DNA of 64,000 nucleotides from Octopus vulgaris. Taxonomy: Eukaryota. This document shows, one piece after another, positions 12,635 through 24,534 of the stretch; the stretch's first letter is position 1; each line of letters begins with the position of its first letter. The DNA lies in NCBI GenBank assembly GCA_951406725.2, contig OX597815.1, forward strand, positions 26,288,001-26,352,000. The letters are read 5' to 3'. Position numbers and translations under genes: made by a program. A model generated the notes under the pieces. That model was not told the origin of the DNA and did not search any database. It worked only from the letters and a program-made list of their open reading frames with translations.

Positions 12635-12793
12635 CAATGATTATCAACCAGGGTATATATGGTCCTTGTGGGTGCACATATAAGATTTTGTTGTTAAAAT
12701 TTATGTGCAATAAATTGCTTATACTTTTACAATACACAAACTATTTTAGATTTTTTATAAATTCCTAATAATATTTAATTATAAAAATACAGA
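12635..12793 (+). mobile_element. Truncated copy of the hAT MITE at 42667
   Basis: Shares AGATTTTGTTG..TACAATACACAAA..TTCCTAATAATATTTAATTATA with 42667-42904. Ends at a SINE. Confidence 0.7.
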
Positions 12794-12795
12794 AG

Positions 12796-13470
12796 ACGTG
12801 GTTGTGTGGTAAGAAGCTTGCTTCCGAACTACATGGTTCCAGGTTCAGTCCTACAGCGTGACACCTTTCGCATATGGTTTCTATTATAGCCTTGGGCCGA
12901 CCAAAGCTTAATGAGTGGATTTAGTAGGCGGAAACTGAAAAGATGTATGTATGTATGTATGTATGTATGTATGTATGTATGTATGTATGTATGTATGTAT
13001 GTGCGTACGTGTGAATGTGTGTATGTATGTATGTATGTATGTATGTATGTATGTATGTATGTATGTATGTATGTATGTATGTATATGTGACCTCGTGTGT
13101 GCCGTTGGCGATTTTTTTCCTCTGTCTTCCCTTCTCTGGATCTTTCCTTCTCCTATATTTCCGACGAAGAGCTCCGCTCGAAACGTTAAACCATCCTTCT
13201 TTCCTTCTTTCCTGAGCATCCAATAATACTATATTTGTTCCACGTCCTCGCGTTGTTGTGGGTTTTTTTTTTTGTGCTTTCTTGTTTGGATTAACTTTAT
13301 GTATGTATGTATGTGTGTGCGTGTTTGTGTTTTTGTGTCTGTTTATCCCTTCATCGCCGCTTGACAACTAATATTGGTGTGTTACCGTTCCTGTTACTTA
13401 GCGGTTCGGCAAAAGAAACGGACAGAGTAAGAACTAAGCTTTTAAAAAATAAGTCCTGGGGTCGATTTGT
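12796..13470 (+). mobile_element. SINE family A, interrupted by a hammerhead-bearing insert (~13084-13298)
   Basis: 5' half 12796-12942, (TATG)n, foreign insert, 3' half 13325-13470. Confidence 0.85.
13158..13190 (+). ncRNA. Minimal type I hammerhead-like motif (PLE type), core CCGACGA
   Basis: TTT-CCGACGA-A-GAGC-TCC-GCTC-GAAA-CGT-T-AAA. Palindromic ACGT stem III. One core substitution (U4C). Confidence 0.6.
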
Positions 13471-13546
13471 TTTACAGCCATGTTGTTTCGGGGTCAGTCC
13501 CACTGCACGCCAACTGTCCCAATCCCTTCCGTTATTTCAAATGATA

Positions 13547-13945
13547 TCTTTATATATAAAAGTGAGGTTGTGTGCTGTCTGTCTCCTACGATTTAGATTC
13601 CTAACTACTCCCACATTTTGCGGTGCAGTTTAACCAAAACCGGGTATCTTATAGTCGTGATTCATATCGAGCCCTTCTGGGTATTAGCGGGCGTCTACGA
13701 TGATTCTATGATTAAAAAAAAAATTTACCATCAATTTTTCCCATTTTTAATGCATTTTTAGCATATATAAGGGAAGTAACTCTCTAAAAATGTATTATTA
13801 AATCTCAGAACGTAAAAAGCTACAGTAACACCCCCCTCCCTTTGTGGTTAGCCATATTGAGATGGCTATTATACTTTGCATCTCTAAAAATGCTTATATA
13901 GTTATTTCCCTTACAAACCCGAGCAACGCCGGGCGATACTGCTAG
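13547..13945 (+). mobile_element. Non-autonomous Helitron, copy 1
   Basis: A|TC start, 3' hairpin CCCG-AGCAACGC-CGGG, CTAG|T end, no TSD. Confidence 0.88.
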
Positions 13946-13951
13946 TATTCA

Positions 13952-14456
13952 TCTATATATATAAAACTGTAGTTGTGTGAGTGTCTGTCCCCTTCGATTT
14001 AGATTCCTAACTACTCCCACATTTTGCGGTGCAGTTTAACCAAATTCGGGTATCTTATAGTCGTGATTCATATCGAGCCCGTCTGAGTATTAGCGCGCGT
14101 CTACGATGAGTCTACGATTTAAAAAATGATTTAACATCATTTTTTATTCCATTTTAATGCATAATTTTTCGTGTGTCGATGGCGGCGGAGTTGGCGTCCA
14201 TGGTCACACCTGCACCTGTTTGCTTCTCCCCCTTCTTCCCTCCCTCGTGAAGCTGTGGGGAAGGGAGTGTAAGGAAATCAACGTCGTAAAGCGTTGTCAA
14301 GGAGACCAGCGTTCTTTTAGAACAACGACTTGAAGACACCAAAACAGAAATGGCTAAGAAAGCCCAAATTGGCATCTATAAGGGAAGTAACTCTCTAAAA
14401 ATGCTTATATAGTTATTTCCCTTACAAACCCGAGCAACGCCGGGCGATACTGCTAG
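13952..14456 (+). mobile_element. Non-autonomous Helitron, copy 2, different internal segment
   Basis: Same 5' and 3' ends as copy 1 (A|TC...CCCGAGCAACGCCGGGCGATACTGCTAG|T). Confidence 0.88.
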
Positions 14457-14849
14457 TTAAAATATAAAAGAAAACCTTCCACACTGCTTGATTCTTTACC
14501 CCTTCTTCGCGAACATCTTAAACGGCTTTCGCAAAGCAAGCTCTATTGCAGACTTACTATACTAACTCATTCATCAGTGAACACTCGTCAAGAAAGTTAA
14601 TGAAAGCATCAACATCTTTTTTTTTTTTTTTTTTGCTAAAACTACCAGCATATGGCTCTCGCTGTCTTTCGAATTTGGATCGATGGGTTTTAGTCAGATC
14701 GCAGCCGATGGTGATCCTTTTTCTTGGTCAGCAAAATAGCTACACGAAATATTCATGCTTTTTATGTCTTTCAAACAGCAAACCCAAATATTGCTGTTAG
14801 TTTCGAAAAGGATCGACTTTAAGAGAAGTTATTATAGTTACAGAAAACA

Positions 14850-15295
14850 AATGTCATTCTTGAAAATTAAGCTGATACATACGAAACCAATCTTGACTTG
14901 AAGAGCAATTTATAATAGTCTTAAATAAAGAATACGTCTACCTAAGCAGCTTATATAAGAAATTCACTGGACTGAGCATGATAAAAATTTAAGTAGATAT
15001 TTGTGAGGGTCCCGTGTAATTGAGCTTGTAAAAGATCAACGTTTCATACATAGCCAACATGAAGTCCTGAACAGGTTTTATTTATTTATTCATTGTCAAA
15101 AGTTTTCTTCGCTGTAGTAGTAGAGAGATACTCACGAAATTTAATAAGCTTCGCTATGACATGAGCACCAAGATCTATGTTTTCCATATTCCATTAGATC
15201 ACTTCCTAGAAAAGCTTGGCTGTTTAAGCGAAACGTAAAGAGAAAGCTTTCATCAAGTTACATAAAACAATGGAAGATGGAATACACATATTACA
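14850..15295 (+). mobile_element. Decayed Chapaev-3-like (CMC) transposase fragment
   Basis: Reads MSTKIYVFHIPLDHFLEKLGCLSET*RESFHQ..KTME, resembling MSxKIHFLHSHLDFFPENLGxxSEExGERFHQDIxTME. Upstream IF-GP, LVKDQ and IVKSFL pieces. Confidence 0.7.
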
Positions 15296-15350
15296 AATTA
15301 CTGCTCGGAACTAACTCAGACAAAATGCTTCGCGGCATTTCTTTCGTTTG

Positions 15351-15532
15351 TCTCTTTTATCTCTTTTGCTTGTTTCGACCCCAGGACTTATTCTTTGTAA
15401 GCCTAGTACTTATTCTATCGGTCTCTTTTGCCGAACCGCTAAGTTACTGGGACGTAAACACACCAGCATCGGTTGTCAAACGATATTGGGGGGACAAATA
15501 CAGACACACAAACACATACACACACATACATA

Positions 15533-15589
<57 letters not shown>

Positions 15590-15761
15590 CATATATACGA
15601 CGGGCTTCTTTCAGTTTCCGTCTACTAAATCCACTCACAAGGCATTGGTCGACCCGAGGCTTTAGTAGAAGACACTTGCCCAAAGTGTCACGCAGTGGGA
15701 ATGAACCCGGAACCATGTTGTTGGTAAGCAAGCTACTTACCACACAGCCACTCCCGCGCCT
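15351..15761 (-). mobile_element. SINE family A
   Basis: Reverse complement of 7056-7454 with a small deletion. Confidence 0.9.
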
Positions 15762-15764
15762 GCG

Positions 15765-15915
15765 TTTCTTTACTTTCTGAGTTCAAACCCCGCTAAAGTC
15801 GACTTTACGTTTCAGTCTTTAGGTGGTCGATAAAATAAAGTACAAGTTAAGTACTGGGGTCGATGTGCTCCACTAATCCCCTTCCCCTAAAATTTATAAC
15901 CTTGTGCCAAAATTA
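15765..15915 (+). mobile_element. SINE family C, partial
   Basis: TTCTGAGTTCAAA..GTCGACTTT..GGTCGATAAAATAAAGTAC..CTGGGGTCGAT..CTTGTGCC. Confidence 0.75.
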
Positions 15916-16476
15916 GAAAAAAAAAAAAAAATTAATTCTTGCTCGAAGCTTCAGCGGGTTTGTCCTGGTTAATCGCACTCTTGAAGGTCCCATGAAAAAA
16001 GTGTGGAATGCCTGATCGTTTTATGTTTTATTTTTGAGTTACAATTACTATAGATTTACTGTAAGCTTTCATGCTGAAATAAACTACTTTAGTAATATAT
16101 AGCTGTTTTAATACCATATAAAACAATTAATTGCATTAATATGGTTGTTCTTATGGTATCAAATAACAGATCATTAAATTAATAAGAGCTGATACTATTT
16201 TTGGAACCAGCGGTTCAATATACCCAAGAATAGGTCTAACTTCTAAGGCACCGATATATGTGTGGGCCAATATAACATAGAAATAGTAAACAATAGAAAA
16301 TAATAATGAATCATAATAATATACAATGATAAACAATAGGACAGAATAATATACAATAATGTAATATGATATACAATAATAAACAACACCAAACAAAAAT
16401 AGACTACGATAGACGATAGACGATAGACGATAGACAATAGTGAGCAATAAAAAATATAGCCATTTTCAGTCTTTTC

Positions 16477-16514
<38 letters not shown>

Positions 16515-16996
16515 AATATCACTTCCCATTACAGCGTCAGCCACGCCTACGTTTAACAGCAGGCGTTTCACGGCTTCGCCGCAGCTTAATGAATACCGGT
16601 TGATATGAATGGTTGCGATGGCGTCGGTGGCGGTGGTGGCGGTGGTGGTGGCGTTGGTGGTGTTGACGGAATTGGTTGTGTGGGTGATGTTGTCTTAGCC
16701 CGAGGTTACAACTGACTGAACGGTACAGTGATCAAGGATGTTCCAGCTATGACCATCACGTCTTTTACTCGAGCACAATGTATCTAATAATGTTGTTATT
16801 GATTTGTAGTCTTCGTAACATTTCTGTTTGTTTGTTTGTTTTTATTAAAGAGGTTTGAAGAGAAATTTGGCTGCTATTTCTAGCGACCAACAATGCGTTA
16901 CTGTTGTTGGTGTTTAGACGGAGGCTAAACGTGACCGAGCAGATTTATAATCAAAAACATTCTAATTCGAGCCATCGCATCTTTTTGTATATACTA

Positions 16997-17394
16997 AGCG
17001 CAGGAGTGGCTGTGTGGTAAGTAGCTTGTTTACCAACCACATGGTTCTGGGTTCAGTCCCACTGCGTGGCACCTTGGGCAAGTGTCTTCTACTATAGCCT
17101 CGGGCCGACCAAAGCCTTGTGAGTGGATTTGGTAGACGGAAACTGAAAGAAGCCCGTCGTATATATGTATATATATATATGTGTGTGTGTCTGTGTTTGT
17201 CCCCCTAGCATTGCTTGACAACCGATGCTGGTGTGTTTGTGTCCCCGTTACTTAGCGGTTCGGCAAAAGAGACCGATAGAATAAGTACTGGGCTTACAAA
17301 AGAATAAGTACCGGGGTCGAGTTGCTCGATTGAAGGCGGTGCTCCAGCATGGCCGCAGTCAAATGACTGAAACAAGTAAAAGAGTAAAAGAGTA
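16997..17394 (+). mobile_element. SINE family A, full length
   Basis: Near-identical to 56722-57105. Confidence 0.92.
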
Positions 17395-18009
17395 CGTTGT
17401 CTAATACATATTTTCTGACAGGGTGTGATTTGAGGGAGATATCGCTACTATTTCTGCAGCTTGAGCGACTGCATAGATGTGATGGTTGTTGTTGTTGTCG
17501 TTTGCGGGGACGTTGGTAATGGGGAGGGGGTATGACTGATAACTGTGCTAGTGACATAAGTTGTTCTAAGTTACTATAAGCTAGGTAGCTTACGAGCGCG
17601 AGGTGAGAAAAACCTTGATGATGTGTAACGCGACTCGAAACAAGTCAGTTCGATTCTGCTTTAAACCTGCTGTAAAAAAAAAAGCCCTCATGACTTGGTA
17701 CAACAACCATAACAATATATCACACCACCACCAGCATGGGGGAAGAACGTGTATTTTGTAGGATCTTCCAGGGAGAAAAACAAAGCGCTTGTTGACAAAA
17801 TATGGAATAATACAAAGTGAAACTGTGCGAATTCGATGGGTAAAAAGTTTAATGAGAACTGATGAGAGGAAAATATAGTGTACGGTGTGAGACGAGGGGG
17901 GAGGCGAAGCTGGTAGATGTTAGTAGATGTAGAACAAACAGAATAGCACAGTACATATGTGTGTCAAAAGTTATAACGTTGGACCTCTTTAACAAATGAG
18001 TTGAATCAC

Positions 18010-18054
<45 letters not shown>

Positions 18055-18504
18055 GTGTGTGCGCGTGTGTGTGTGAATGTGTGTGTGTGTGTGCGCGCGG
18101 GTGTTACGTGTGTTTGAATTGTGTGTGTATTGGGGAGGCGTGTATGTGTGTGTGTGTGTGTGTGTGAGCGTGTAACAGCAACAGTGATCCAGATATGTTC
18201 GTAGTGTCCCAAGTATGTGTTGTACGTGAGTTTTTTGTGGGGGTTGGTGGTAAAGAGAAACTAACCAGGGCGAAGAAAGACAAGAGGAGGGAGCTCATTT
18301 ATAGATATACATATGTGTAAATCTATTCATGCATGTTTGTATCTGTACGTGTGTGTAGGTGTGTGTACGTGTGTGTGTGTGTGAGTGCATGCATTTTCAT
18401 ATATAAATGTATATATACACACACACACATATATATATACATGTATATATATATATGTATGCATATATGTATATATATGCATATATATATATATATGTAT
18501 GTAT

Positions 18505-18600
<96 letters not shown>

Positions 18601-18618
18601 TGTATGTACATGTATGAG

Positions 18619-18649
<31 letters not shown>

Positions 18650-18667
18650 ACATATATGTACTTATAT

Positions 18668-18968
18668 GCGTGGCTGTGTGGTAAGAAGCTTGCTACCCAA
18701 CCATATGGTTCCGGGTTCAGTCCCACTGCGATTTATATATATATATATATATATATGTTGTGAGTCTGTGCTTGTTCCTCGACCATCGCCTGACAACCGG
18801 TGTTGGTGTGTTTACGTCCCCTTAACTTAGCTTTTCTGCAACAGAGACCGATAAGATAAGTGCTAGGCTTACAAAGAATAAGTCCTGAGGTCGATTTGTT
18901 CAACTAAATGCGCTACTCCAGCACAGTCGTAGTCAAATGACTGAAATAAATAAGAATAATAAAAGAAA
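18668..18968 (+). mobile_element. SINE family A with internal deletion
   Basis: Head, then (TA)n, then 3' half. Confidence 0.8.
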
Positions 18969-18996
18969 AATGTATGTAAGTATCTCTCTCTCTTTC

Positions 18997-19050
<54 letters not shown>

Positions 19051-19104
19051 TGTGTGTGTGTGTGATGATAATAATAATAATAAATATATAAGTATATATA
19101 GAGA

Positions 19105-19403
19105 GAGGAGCCCGAGGCACATGTCCAGGCAAGGTTGTTTGTGGAAGGCCAGCAGTCGCCCATGTATACCAGCCACCCCTCTCCACACCACACCACACCA
19201 CTAATGTTATCCGCGGAAAAGGCAACGGGGCCGATACAGCGTGGCACCAGTGACGTCGCAACTCATTTCTACAGACGAGTGAACTGAAGCAACGTGAAAT
19301 AAAGTGTCTTGCTCAAGAACACATCACGCAGCACGGTCCGGGAATCGAACTTACAACCTCACGATCGTAAGCTCGACGTTCTAACCACTGAGCTATGTGC
19401 CTT
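19105..19403 (-). mobile_element. tRNA-derived SINE family D
   Basis: Minus head TAGCTCAGTGGTTAGAAC..GTTCGATTCCC, then GTTCTTGAGCAAGACACTTT. Confidence 0.8.
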
Positions 19404-19434
19404 CCCACACACACACACGCACACACACACACAT

Positions 19435-19625
<191 letters not shown>

Positions 19626-19682
19626 TATGAGAAATTATTTTACGTATCTCTTATGTGAAATTTTTGAGAGTTTCAAATCCTG

Positions 19683-19733
<51 letters not shown>

Positions 19734-20430
19734 TTCTCTCTCTCTTTATATATCTGTATATAATATAAGTTTATAATCAAGCAAACAACTGGTATCAGGT
19801 CAGATCATGACATTTATACACGTAAACATGGGAATAGAATTGTCACAGGAGTATATAAATGGAAAGAAGTGAGTAAAAGATCAGCTGAGGAGTGTTCAGA
19901 ATGGTTACAGGGGCGTAAACACACCAACACCGCTTGCTAAATGGTGGTGGTGTGCAAACACAGGCACAGACACATGCACGCACGCACACACACACACACA
20001 TATGCGCATGGACACACGCACACGCTTACAGACACACACACGCTCACATACGCACACACACACACATGTATACACAAGCACACATGTATACACACACACA
20101 CATATGAATATATCCGTTCACAAGGAGTGTTCAGAATGCTAGCATTCTCTCGGTAAGCCTAAATCATTGTTGTTAGCTAAAAGCTGATCATCACTGGAAG
20201 AATCCATGATTGAATGAAAAGAAAGAGAAATGAAGGAGGTATGCAGATAGCCTTTACACCTGTTTCAGGAATAGATGCGCAGATGGTACATTTCTCTGCA
20301 GACGATTAGCAGCCAACATCATCGCTGCGATCTATTCCAAGAACTGATATTTTATCGACCTTCATGTGATCGGCACACCATCCTGTGACAATACTACTAT
20401 CATGTGGGTGGGTGTGGGTGGGTGTGTATC

Positions 20431-20658
20431 TTTTACTTGTTTCAGTCATTAGATTGCGACCATGCTGGAGTACCGCGTTGAAGAATTTTTAGACGCACGA
20501 ATCGACCCAAATACTAAACTTTCATAAGCCTGGTACTTATTTAATCGGCTACATTTACCGCTAAGTTACAGGGGCGTAAACACACCAACACCGCTTGCTA
20601 AATGGTGGTGGTGTGCAAACACAGGCACAAACACATGCACGCACGCACACACACACAC

Positions 20659-20691
<33 letters not shown>

Positions 20692-20926
20692 TGCGCATGG
20701 ACACACGCACACGCTTACAGACACACACACGCTCACATACGCACACACACACATATGTATACACAAGCACACATGTATACACACACACACATGAATATAT
20801 CCGTTCACAAGGCTTTTGGTCTGCACGAGGCTATAGTAGAAGGCATTTACTCAAGAGGCCACGCTGTGGGATTGAACCCAGAAGCATGTGGTTGGGAAGC
20901 AAACTTCTTATCATGCAGCCACGTCT
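20431..20926 (-). mobile_element. SINE family A, diverged
   Basis: TTTTACTTGTTTCAGTCATT tail through GCAGCCAC head. Confidence 0.8.
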
Positions 20927-21639
20927 GTATATGTGTGTGTATAACACACATGCACACACACGTATTAACACGTATATACATGCACTCACATATACACGTA
21001 ATCATATATGAGTATACAAACATATACATACATACATGTGTGTGTATGTACATACACATAATTACATATATACACATGCATACGCACGCACTTCCATATA
21101 CATATTAAAAGCGATACTAAGACTTATAATGCAGACACACATTCACCGATGTTCATTCTGCTTTCACAACTGCTTTCTTTATACACAACAGTCAGTCTGA
21201 TTAAAATGGGGGATGGTTTTTTTAAGTCCCTCCTACTTCCAATAATATAGTAAGAGGTTAGCTTTTTGTCGTGTATATGTGAATGGAATTGTATACGTGT
21301 GTGTGTGAGTGTGCTTTGCATGACAGTGTGTGAGTGCGTGTGTGCGTATACATATGTGCGCCCATTGTAGGTGTTAAACGGCTGACTCTGCGATGGAGGG
21401 AAGCGCCTGTACAAAGTTACAACTAATTATTACATTGCGCGAATGAAGTCGTCTTTACGGTCGCTACATCTACTAGAAATATTAGCCAATATTAGACACT
21501 ATAATTTTTAAAAGAAAATAGAAGAGATGCGATATAATGAAGAAACAAAGATGGTCATGACAGGAATTGGTTTGCTCATAGTTCGACCCCATAAGGGACT
21601 GAGCCCGAAATTAAAATCAACATCTTCAAATACATGGAC

Positions 21640-22070
21640 AAGGATCGATTTTTTTTTTTTTTGTGATGGTGGTCATGTTGATATAATTGACCCCAGTGTT
21701 CAACTGGTACTAGATTTATCGACCCCGGAAGGGATGAAACGCAATGTTGACATCGGCGGTATTTGAACCTAAAACATAAAACCGGAAGAAGCGCTACAAA
21801 GCATTTTGTTCGGTGTTCTAAAGATGCTACCAGCTCGCAATCTTAATACATCCCAATAATGGTTTCAAATTTTGGCACAAGGTCAACAATTTCTGTGGAA
21901 GGAATAAATTGATTACATCGACCCCAGTGTTCAACTGATACTTATTTTATCAACCCCGAAAAGATGAAAGGCAGAGTCGACCTCGGCGGAATTTGAACAC
22001 AGAACAAAGACGGGCGAAATACCGCTAAGCATTTTGCCTGGCGTGCTAACGATACTGCTAACTCACCACC
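21640..22070 (-). mobile_element. Two tandem SINE family C copies
   Basis: GACCCCAGTGTTCAACTG..GATGAAA..CGGCGG..TTTGAAC repeated. Confidence 0.8.
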
Positions 22071-22565
22071 TTAAGACATACGAATAATAAATACATAAAC
22101 ACTCATTTCCCGTAAGTTTTTGACAGTAAAAGTGTTCACGGCTTTATTAATCTTTATTGAATTCTCGCTGAAGATGAAGCTAATGCTAGCTCTTAATCGT
22201 CTGATGGTATCTATGTTATATGGTATATATGTTAAGTACCAGTAATATATTGCGGAGATGGAGAACATATATTCAACTCAAAGTACTCTCTCCAAAATAC
22301 ATTATATAAATAAACAAGCCAACGAGGTGACCCCCAACGATGTGATCCCCATGACTTACAAGAAATAATTACCTAATCTATTAAAAATTATATCGTAGCA
22401 TTTTGAAAGAAAAGACGATCGGTAACCTGTTCCTGAATCACCTTTAGATAGGAGTAGGGAAGAAGAAAGCGATATAATTACAGCCGGAATAGGTCTACGC
22501 ACTTAGGGTTGATCTGAGGCGAAGCAACAGTAACATCACCAACAAAAACCACAACCATAAAAGGA

Positions 22566-22614
<49 letters not shown>

Positions 22615-22619
<5 letters not shown>

Positions 22620-22848
22620 GCTAAAAAAAACACAAACTGGGACAAGAACGTGAAACATTTTGAAGACGACAAAAAAACACACAAGCTCTCAGTCATCAGT
22701 CAAGAACCAGATCATCTTCGCAATTTCGGCTGATTAATCTTGGGATTGCTCCAATCTGGGCAGCCCGCCAAGGGAAATCTAAGCCAGTCGCATTAGATTC
22801 CTTGGAAGAAAACCTCGAAAGTATACAACACGGTGACGGAAAAACTGA
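22615..22848 (-). repeat. (TA)n-embedded repeat family; copies at 43567-43700 (-) and 59215-59337 (+)
   Basis: Shared TGGGACAAGAACG and TCAGTCAA.AACC.GATCATC..AATTTC.G segments. Confidence 0.8.
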
Positions 22849-22944
22849 TATATATATATGTAGGTCCCGGGTTGAGTCGGGGTTAACCACAGTAAATAAG
22901 GTACTCAATACATAGCAGAGTAAATTAATTTATTTTATAGAAGG

Positions 22945-22995
22945 AGCTTCTACAGGAATAGAACTGTTTCATTCAAAAGAAATCATCAGGAAGCT
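22945..22995 (-). ncRNA. Type I hammerhead fold, minus-strand member of a head-to-head pair
   Basis: Mirror of 22992-23042, loop III TTCTATTC. Confidence 0.65.
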
Positions 22996-23042
22996 TCCTG
23001 ATGATTTCTTTTGAATGAAACAGTTCTAGTCCTGTAGAAGCT
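22992..23042 (+). ncRNA. Type I hammerhead fold, plus-strand member of a head-to-head pair
   Basis: AGCTTC-CTGATGA-T.TTC-TTTT-GAA.T-GAA-ACAG-TTCTAGTC-CTGT-A-GAAGCT. Stem I 6 bp, stem III 4 bp, weak stem II. Confidence 0.65.
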
Positions 23043-23046
23043 CCTT

Positions 23047-23114
<68 letters not shown>

Positions 23115-23261
23115 AAAAGCAATAAAGATTCAAGTTAATTTAAATGAATTTACTTGAATATGGTACCTAACTTAGATGCACCAAAACAAACTATACTGTT
23201 TTAACAATACAATAATGTGGGGTGATTATAAGCGAGAAAGAAGCAACAAGAATGGATAGGT

Positions 23262-23352
23262 TTTTAGTACAATCGTTTCATACAAGGACAGGCTTTATTA
23301 AAAGTTGCAAAAATTACAGCATATAAACGTGTCCTGTACTCATCAGCTAAAA
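23262..23352 (-). ncRNA. Type I hammerhead ribozyme fold, intact core
   Basis: TTTTAG-CTGATGA-GTACAGGACA...TGTCCTTGTAT-GAA-AC-GATT-GT-A-CTAAAA. Confidence 0.8.
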
Positions 23353-23551
23353 TACATGTGAGTTCTCTAGACATCCTATTGGTTGAGGCTATACTCATGA
23401 AGTAGATAATTAAGTAACATAAACAGATTTCCAAAGTTCATTAAAGTTCTATAAAGATGATGTACAGTCTTATCACAGAATTTTAAAAAAGTTTTAACAG
23501 CATCTTTTATATATATCAGTACCTTTTATATATATATATATATATATTATT

Positions 23552-23772
23552 TCTCTTTTATTTCTCTTTTACTTGTTTCAGTCATTTGACTGCGGCCAAG
23601 CTGGAGCAACGCCTTTTTAGTCGAGCAAATCGACCCTAGGACTTATTCTTTGTAAGCCTAGTACTTATCCTATCGGTCTCTTTTGCCGAACCGCTAAGTA
23701 ACGGGGACGTAAACACACCAGCATCGGTTGTCAAGCGATGTTGGGGAGACAAACACAAACACACACACACAT

Positions 23773-23816
<44 letters not shown>

Positions 23817-23973
23817 GACGGGCTTCTTTCAGTTTCCGTCTACCAAATCCACTCACAAGGCTTTGGTCGGCCCGAGGCTATAGTAGAAGACACTTGCCCA
23901 AGGTGCCACGAAATGGGACTGAGCCCGGAACTGTGTGGTTGGTAAGCAAGCTACTTACCACACAGCCACTCCT
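23552..23973 (-). mobile_element. SINE family A, full length
   Basis: Reverse complement of 16997-17394. Confidence 0.92.
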
Positions 23974-24502
23974 TATACATACTTATACACCCACGCAAAT
24001 AATTTTTGTTGTCGCCGTTGTATTGTGTGCCCCTTCACCAGGTCAACCCAGATCAAGCAGACTGTCTTTCTGAACGTTCGATTTGCTAGAAATGGCAGCT
24101 GAATCACTCTCGAATCGCAACTTAACATCTTGACGGTCATATGGGATGATAATTAAATGGAATGGCTACAACCGGAATGTCTTTGATCGTTGAACTTGCT
24201 TAGAGAAAAGAAGAGCTGAGGTTAAATAATTGGAAATAATGTTTGTTCCAGATTTAGGTACAAGACTAGAAATTTTCAGGAGAGGGATTTACTGACACCA
24301 TCGATCCCAATATTTACAGGTACTTTATTTCGTCGAACCCTATGGGATCAGAAGCAAGGTCTAATTTGAAATCAAAGTGTAAAGGCATTTGTCCGGCGCT
24401 TTATCAACTCTGTCAATTTATCGCTTTGTAATTATTGTTTCTAAGATAGGCAAGTATATGGTGGTGTGCGAACACAGATACACACGTGCACACGCACGCA
24501 CG

Positions 24503-24534
<32 letters not shown>

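Noticed and set aside
16401-16440. (GACGATA)n heptamer run
   Set aside because: Short simple repeat with no further structure.
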